Below are positions 58,938 through 64,000 of a DNA stretch of 64,000 nucleotides, piece after piece. Positions within the stretch are counted from its first letter, which is position 1, and each line of letters begins with the position of its first letter. A program made the position numbers and the translations under genes. The DNA lies in IMG/VR virus record IMGVR_UViG_3300003272_000012, positions 16,966 to 80,965 of that record; one strand, written 5' to 3'. The notes below the pieces were generated by a model. It was not told where the DNA came from. It was given only the letters and a program-made list of their open reading frames with translations, and searched no databases. This stretch comes from a virus.

Positions 58938-59344
58938 GCGAGTCGAATTGATCGTCGGGCATATGGGATTCGTTTAATTTTACCATGTTGTTCTAAGACC
59001 ATGATATGCCTGCCAACCGTCTGCGGAGCGACTTCACAATCCTCAGCAATTTCTTGTTGTGTTGGGTAATTACCAGATTTGATGTGCAAGTAGATACATT
59101 GGAAGATGCGCTCGCTCAATTGGCTGTAGCGGGGTAGGGGCTTGGATGATGTATTCAGCACTTTGATATTGTCGCCATGACGCTCGATCATGCCGTATTC
59201 TTCTAGCACTCTTAAGTGATGTTGTACTGTTTGGTCTGAGCGGATGTGACAAGCCTCTTTGATCTCATAGAGTTCGGGTGATGTATTGTAGTCCCACAAA
59301 TATGCGTTAATAAATGCGAATACAAGACGGGATTTGGTATTCAT
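58934..59344 (-). CDS. tandem LexA-type winged-HTH protein (no peptidase domain)
   Basis: Two repeats: SPELYEIKEAC...TVQHHLRVLEEYG and YPTQQEIAEDC...TVGRHIMVLEQHG. Confidence 0.8.
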   Translation of the reverse strand: MNTKSRLVFAFINAYLWDYNTSPELYEIKEACHIRSDQTVQHHLRVLEEYGMIERHGDNIKVLNTSSKPLPRYSQLSERIFQCIYLHIKSGNYPTQQEIAEDCEVAPQTVGRHIMVLEQHGKIKRIPYARRSIRLA

Positions 59345-59961
59345 AGATATTCTCGTTAAGTTAGTTTTTTGTTATAAATTTAGCATATTTGTTCTGTTTT
59401 TGCAGTTAGAAGTTGGTTGGAGAAAGGAAAAGCACTCAAATCGGGTTATAATACAGCGCGCTACTCCTGATAGAGGAATAAGCACATTATCAGATAATCC
59501 TAACAATGTCTCTGGGGAAACTTATGGTCAACTTTCTTTGAGATCTTCTTGTGAAAAAACTTCTAATTACTATCAATCTACTTATCTCCAAATCAAAGCT
59601 GATTACCGATAGCATTGTTGGAGTCGTTGATTGATGGGATAGTTAAAGAGTAAATGTGAAATATGAAAAGCTATTGAGAGAAATTGCCAGAAAAAACAAA
59701 CGCTGTTCCAATTGATTAGAACAAATTTTCGTAGTAAGATGACATTCTAAGATATATAACAATAAACAAACGAATTGAAGTTATTTGTGGAGATTGTTGT
59801 ATAAGGTAGAAAACATAAAGCCACTGTTGGAGCAGTGGCCTGTGTTATGAATTATTCCATATGTTGCGATATGGGGTGAAGTATAACAGGTTTATAGATG
59901 TTGACCAGTATGTGTTCAATATCAAGTTAACTTACCTAAATTCAGTTCAATTGGAGGTCAC

Positions 59962-60204
59962 ATGAATCAGGAACTGATAGAGCAAGTGTATCAAGTTATA
60001 AAATCCGCAGTTAAAGAAAAGGGAAGACCACCCAGTCATCAGGAAATAGCTGATGCCTGTTTTATCTCTAAAGGATCAGTCGGAACCTATCTCACCCATC
60101 TTGAACGACAGGGGAGGATCTATCGCGAACCGAATGTAGCACGTGGGATTCAGTTGATTGAGGAGGAATCTGAACAAACGTCTGAACATTTGCCTACATT
60201 GTAA
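59962..60204 (+). CDS. LexA DNA-binding-domain-only protein
   Basis: PPSHQEIADACFISKGSVGTYLTHLERQGRIYREPNVARGIQL. Confidence 0.85.
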   Translation: MNQELIEQVYQVIKSAVKEKGRPPSHQEIADACFISKGSVGTYLTHLERQGRIYREPNVARGIQLIEEESEQTSEHLPTL

Positions 60205-60515
60205 AAGAACTTTTGTGCTACAGTGGAATCATAGAAATTTGACCTGATACGAGATATCAAAATATTGTAGGTCTAGTGAGATCAGGTCTATGTTTCAACT
60301 ATTAAAGGAGGTGCTGATCAGCAAAATCCAAGATTCAATAACGCAAAACAACCATCTGTAGAAATTGGCAGATTTCCGCAGATGGTCGTCTCAACAGCAG
60401 ATTGGAATCGATCTGTTGAGAATAGTGTACAGCAAATACTGGACATTTGTTATATCTGACAAATGTGTTGCTCTGTTCCAAAAATACTAATCAAAATTAA
60501 ATGAAAGGAAAATAA

Positions 60516-61397
60516 ATGACACAGACATACAACGACAATGTTGTCATTAATGACACACTTGAAGTAAATGGTACATCAGATACTGTTCAAGTTGCGGTGA
60601 AGGGTGCTGCTAATCAATCAGATGCACTGCAACAATGGCAAGATCATTCAGGAAATGTGTTTGCTGAAATAGATGCTGATGGTCATTTACTAATTGGGGA
60701 TCAAGATGATACACCAGAGGCATTAATCGAAGCTCACAATCTAGATGATGTGTATAAACCGTCACGTGGCTTACATCTTCGCGGTATTCTCTCAGGCACA
60801 TTGAGTCATCTCATTAGTTGGGTTGTTCAAGAGCTTGCACTAAAAGGAACTGGTGGGTTATCTGCTTTACATCGTGTACTGCGGGTGCACGCAACCAATG
60901 AAAATACAGGTCCAATGGAAGTCGGAGCGGAAATTCGTGCTGGTGATTTTGAAGTGACCAATGTCGGTGGTAATCCAGATACCAACAACCTTGAGATGAG
61001 TGCAGTTGTCGCTAAGGTGAATAACGACTCATCTGCTCATTTGCAGACAGCATATGGTGTCAAGGTTGATATGAGTGTTCCAGAAGGATCGGCGAGTGAT
61101 GTCTACTCAGTTTATACAGAAGGTGGCACAGTTTATATTGGTGATAGTGAAATCTATGCACCATTGAATCTCAGTCCACGTTCAACAGCCCCGTCAGCAC
61201 CTCGAGATAATGATATTTATCTAGATATAAGCAGCGATCCAAATCAACCCCGATTACGACAATATAGTCAAACCGAAGATGTTTGGTTAGACATCAGTGG
61301 AACTGGGTCAACATTTGATCCAGAAGTTGATGGATATTGGTCGAATTATGGTGGGTATTTTGTATTTTCAGATGGCGATTATGTATCTCAGTCATGA
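60516..61397 (+). CDS. fibre-like / phage-tail-like protein
   Basis: Beta-rich; contains QWQDHSGNVFAEIDADG and PSAPRDNDIYLD modules also present in 62165. Confidence 0.6.
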   Translation: MTQTYNDNVVINDTLEVNGTSDTVQVAVKGAANQSDALQQWQDHSGNVFAEIDADGHLLIGDQDDTPEALIEAHNLDDVYKPSRGLHLRGILSGTLSHLISWVVQELALKGTGGLSALHRVLRVHATNENTGPMEVGAEIRAGDFEVTNVGGNPDTNNLEMSAVVAKVNNDSSAHLQTAYGVKVDMSVPEGSASDVYSVYTEGGTVYIGDSEIYAPLNLSPRSTAPSAPRDNDIYLDISSDPNQPRLRQYSQTEDVWLDISGTGSTFDPEVDGYWSNYGGYFVFSDGDYVSQS

Positions 61398-61460
61398 TGC
61401 ATCAACAGCCTTTATTCAATATCAAACTAAAGCAAACAAACAAATAAGAAAGGTAAAACA

Positions 61461-62123
61461 ATGCCAACAAAACTAATGAATGAAGCACTTTATAACGATC
61501 GTTTTAAAGCCCGATTTGGGAATGACCAAGAATTTGGTACAAAGCCAACAACGCCGGAAGGTCCTGGTGATGTCTGGTTTGAACATTCGACAGGTGTCTT
61601 GTCTCTCAGCAATGAAGCTGGTAATGCATGGGTCGATTATGATCTATCTGCTATTGGAAGTAGTGGGGGAAATCCTATTATTTTCACTGGTTATTTAGCA
61701 TCTAATCATGATTGCACTAGTTCAAGTGCTGTCATTGACTGGGTTGAGATTATTGATGCAAATAACTTGCATGATGATTCAACTAATCCCGACCGTATTT
61801 ACTTTACTGGTCAAGGTGCAGGATGGTATGAAGCTGAATTAACAGTCGCATTATCCCATAACACAAATAAAGGGGAAGCATTCACTATCCCAATGACATT
61901 AAATGGAACAACCACTGTGGCAATTCAAGTATTCTACATTCGAACAGAGACTACTGAGAAAGATTACAAAGTTCTCAAGTATTTATTTGAGATAACAAAC
62001 CCAGAGTCGGATTATATCTCTCTAAGTACAACATCTGGTTCACTTACTGTTGCAAATACTTGCGAATTGGTAGCCATGAATTTCTCAGCAAAAGAGACTA
62101 TTTTCAAGATAACTAAATTATAA
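61461..62123 (+). CDS. fibre-like protein with C-terminal beta-sandwich
   Basis: PTTPEGPGDVWFE motif, then a C1q/TNF-like beta pattern (GAGWYEAELTV). Confidence 0.55.
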   Translation: MPTKLMNEALYNDRFKARFGNDQEFGTKPTTPEGPGDVWFEHSTGVLSLSNEAGNAWVDYDLSAIGSSGGNPIIFTGYLASNHDCTSSSAVIDWVEIIDANNLHDDSTNPDRIYFTGQGAGWYEAELTVALSHNTNKGEAFTIPMTLNGTTTVAIQVFYIRTETTEKDYKVLKYLFEITNPESDYISLSTTSGSLTVANTCELVAMNFSAKETIFKITKL

Positions 62124-62164
62124 GTCCCCCTCTATACAAGTTCGAGTAAAGTGAGTGTTATAAA

Positions 62165-64000
62165 TTGACTGATTTTATCAATAAATCAAACCCGGTAATC
62201 ATCCGTAGTGGAATGAGTGCGGATAGACCATCGGAACCCAGTTCCGTAGGCGAATTTTGGGTAGATGTGGATACAACATACATCTACAAAGCGAAACTAG
62301 AAGTTGGTGTTGGCTTGATCTGGCAATCTACTGGTACAGGTGCACAGGGACCTGCAGGACAAGATGGTCAGGAAGTATCATTACAAAATGATGGAACCTA
62401 TATCCAATGGCGATTGGGTACAGGTTTATGGCAAAATTTGGTTGCCGTTGCTGATCTGAAAGGCGATAAGGGTGATACAGGTGATGTTGGTCCGCAAGGT
62501 TTGCAAGGTGTTGCTGGACGCGAGATTGAACTTCAGCAAGGAATAACACATATTCAATGGCGTTATGTTGGAGATCCTACATGGATTGATCTTGTGCTTC
62601 TGTCTGAGCTTAAGGGAGATACGGGTGCTACTGGTGCTACCGGGCCACAAGGTGAAAAGGGCGATACCGGGGATGTCGGACCACAAGGTCCACAGGGACC
62701 GCAAGGGGAACAAGGACCTGCCGGAACTGGTTCTAGTGTACCTATTCGAGAAGATGATGTCTTGGTGGTTACTGCTGACAATATAGATTTCGACGGCACG
62801 TCATTTGATGTAACAAATCCGAGTGGAAACAAAGCATTTATAAGATCGGTTGGCGCACCAGACGGATTTGATGTAACAGGAAAGCTTACATCTACAAACA
62901 ACTCAGATTCTCCTTTTAGAATATTTGCAAGAGCTACAGTGCCGTCATCCCCACAACAAGGCGACATTTATTACGATGACGGAACAAATACAGATTCGAC
63001 TGATCCGGGTTTACGCCATTACGATGGTACGCAGTGGATAGATGTTGGCACAGGTGGTGGCGCATTGCCTGTTTATGAAAACAGCTCATTGGTCGCAAAC
63101 GCGCTGGCATTAGAATACGATAATGACAGTTTTGATGTAACTAGCGAGACATCACCAGAAAACCCAACCGCACATGTTACAAATATTGGTTCATCGGGTG
63201 ATTTTTACATTAGAGGTAAACTCGGAGTTGACAGGGACGTAAGTTCAACATTTCAAGCGTATATACGTAAAGACGGTGCGGAAAGCACGAGTGCAAATGA
63301 AGGTGTAGCTTATTTTTTCCGGCGTATTCCCAGCTCGTTAAACGGTACACCCATAACAGGAAAAGTATACGGCATATTTGTAGATACCCAAATCGCCCCT
63401 AGCTATGACTCTGATGTAGAAGCAGTTGAGGCTATCCGATTCGTCGGTAATCACTACGGATTAGGCACAGTTAATAGTATGTATGGCTTTGTCGCTCAAT
63501 TGCATAACCGTGATGACGGTATTATTGACAACGCGCGAGGCATTTACATTGATAGTACACGTAATCATGGTGTGGGATCAATCACCAACTCTTACGGTAT
63601 TTACATTAATGATATAGATGAAGGCGTAAACAATTATGCAATCTGGACTCGCGATGGTTTAAATCGTTTCGGGGATCAGGTTTCAATTGATGGACAACAA
63701 GATGTGCCTCAGCTTATTGTAACAGGGCATTCTACACAAACATCGAAGATTGTCTCATTTGAAAAAGATGACGCGACAGTGTTGTTAGACGTGGACAATG
63801 ACGGTATTTTAAGACTGCCTGAAAATAAAATTGTATTAAATGATACAGGCGTACAATCGAATACTGTTGCACAATCTACTGAACCATCATCGCCTGTTGA
63901 AGGAGATAGATATTTAGATGATGGTACAAACACAGCAACAGGCTTGCCAGCAGATAGGGTTTACTTAAGCGGCGCATGGGTAGACTTAGACACAGATACC
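62165..64000 (+). CDS. collagen-repeat tail-fibre-like protein (3' truncated by window edge)
   Basis: Open frame from TTG 62165 to the window end (absent from the ORF track); G-x-y repeats GDKGDTGDVGPQG..., REIELQ...HIQWRY repeats, PSSP..GD.Y.DDGTNT modules. Confidence 0.85.
   Translation, partial: MTDFINKSNPVIIRSGMSADRPSEPSSVGEFWVDVDTTYIYKAKLEVGVGLIWQSTGTGAQGPAGQDGQEVSLQNDGTYIQWRLGTGLWQNLVAVADLKGDKGDTGDVGPQGLQGVAGREIELQQGITHIQWRYVGDPTWIDLVLLSELKGDTGATGATGPQGEKGDTGDVGPQGPQGPQGEQGPAGTGSSVPIREDDVLVVTADNIDFDGTSFDVTNPSGNKAFIRSVGAPDGFDVTGKLTSTNNSDSPFRIFARATVPSSPQQGDIYYDDGTNTDSTDPGLRHYDGTQWIDVGTGGGALPVYENSSLVANALALEYDNDSFDVTSETSPENPTAHVTNIGSSGDFYIRGKLGVDRDVSSTFQAYIRKDGAESTSANEGVAYFFRRIPSSLNGTPITGKVYGIFVDTQIAPSYDSDVEAVEAIRFVGNHYGLGTVNSMYGFVAQLHNRDDGIIDNARGIYIDSTRNHGVGSITNSYGIYINDIDEGVNNYAIWTRDGLNRFGDQVSIDGQQDVPQLIVTGHSTQTSKIVSFEKDDATVLLDVDNDGILRLPENKIVLNDTGVQSNTVAQSTEPSSPVEGDRYLDDGTNTATGLPADRVYLSGAWVDLDTDT

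Noticed and set aside
59476-59485. 10-nt match (GAATAAGCAC) to the variable part of array unit 3
   Set aside because: Short, same-strand and expected by chance in 64 kb of AT-rich DNA given multiple comparisons.
59345-59960. Possible attachment site or tRNA remnant in the long AT-rich gap
   Set aside because: No tRNA-like sequence or matching direct repeat found by eye; a boundary cannot be established from this window.
60315-60390. c-di-GMP-I-like words (GCAAAA...ACGCAAAAC)
   Set aside because: The intervening stem and GNRA loop required by the motif are missing.

Overview
This window holds most of a temperate, siphovirus-like (pro)phage. A Chloroflexota/Anaerolineae-like host is inferred from GAAC-N4-GTTC LexA-type boxes and protein styles; this is not verified. 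Layout: 1-13.6 kb virion morphogenesis (capsid running off the left edge, a GT4 glycosyltransferase, head-tail genes, tail tube, chaperone with a probable +1 frameshift, tape measure, Dit, fibre, Tal-like); 13.6-14.9 kb two membrane genes with no recognisable endolysin; 15-29.9 kb a leftward replication/recombination arm (methylase, DUF5131, DnaG, DnaB, initiator with seven 33-bp iterons, T5orf172, RecT); 29.9-43.8 kb control and accessory genes (XRE HTH, Excalibur protein, ParB-like, two TIR proteins around ParA plus an LmbU-like gene, NACHT NTPase); 44-47 kb a UvrD-DEDDh fusion; 47.3-53.7 kb accessory cassette; 53.9-58.9 kb packaging genes (ParB-methylase, terS, terL); then LexA-type HTH genes and a second set of fibre-like genes. 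No integrase, portal, endolysin, RT, Cas or tRNA gene was recognised. The most striking unexplained signal is an array of five self-contained small-RNA units at 52.05-52.58 kb, each made of an extended -10 promoter, a variable 28-41 nt segment and a covarying terminator hairpin with an invariant GTTTTGTGTTT tail. Several other candidate structured RNAs are present, including a motif found twice, 31 kb apart.
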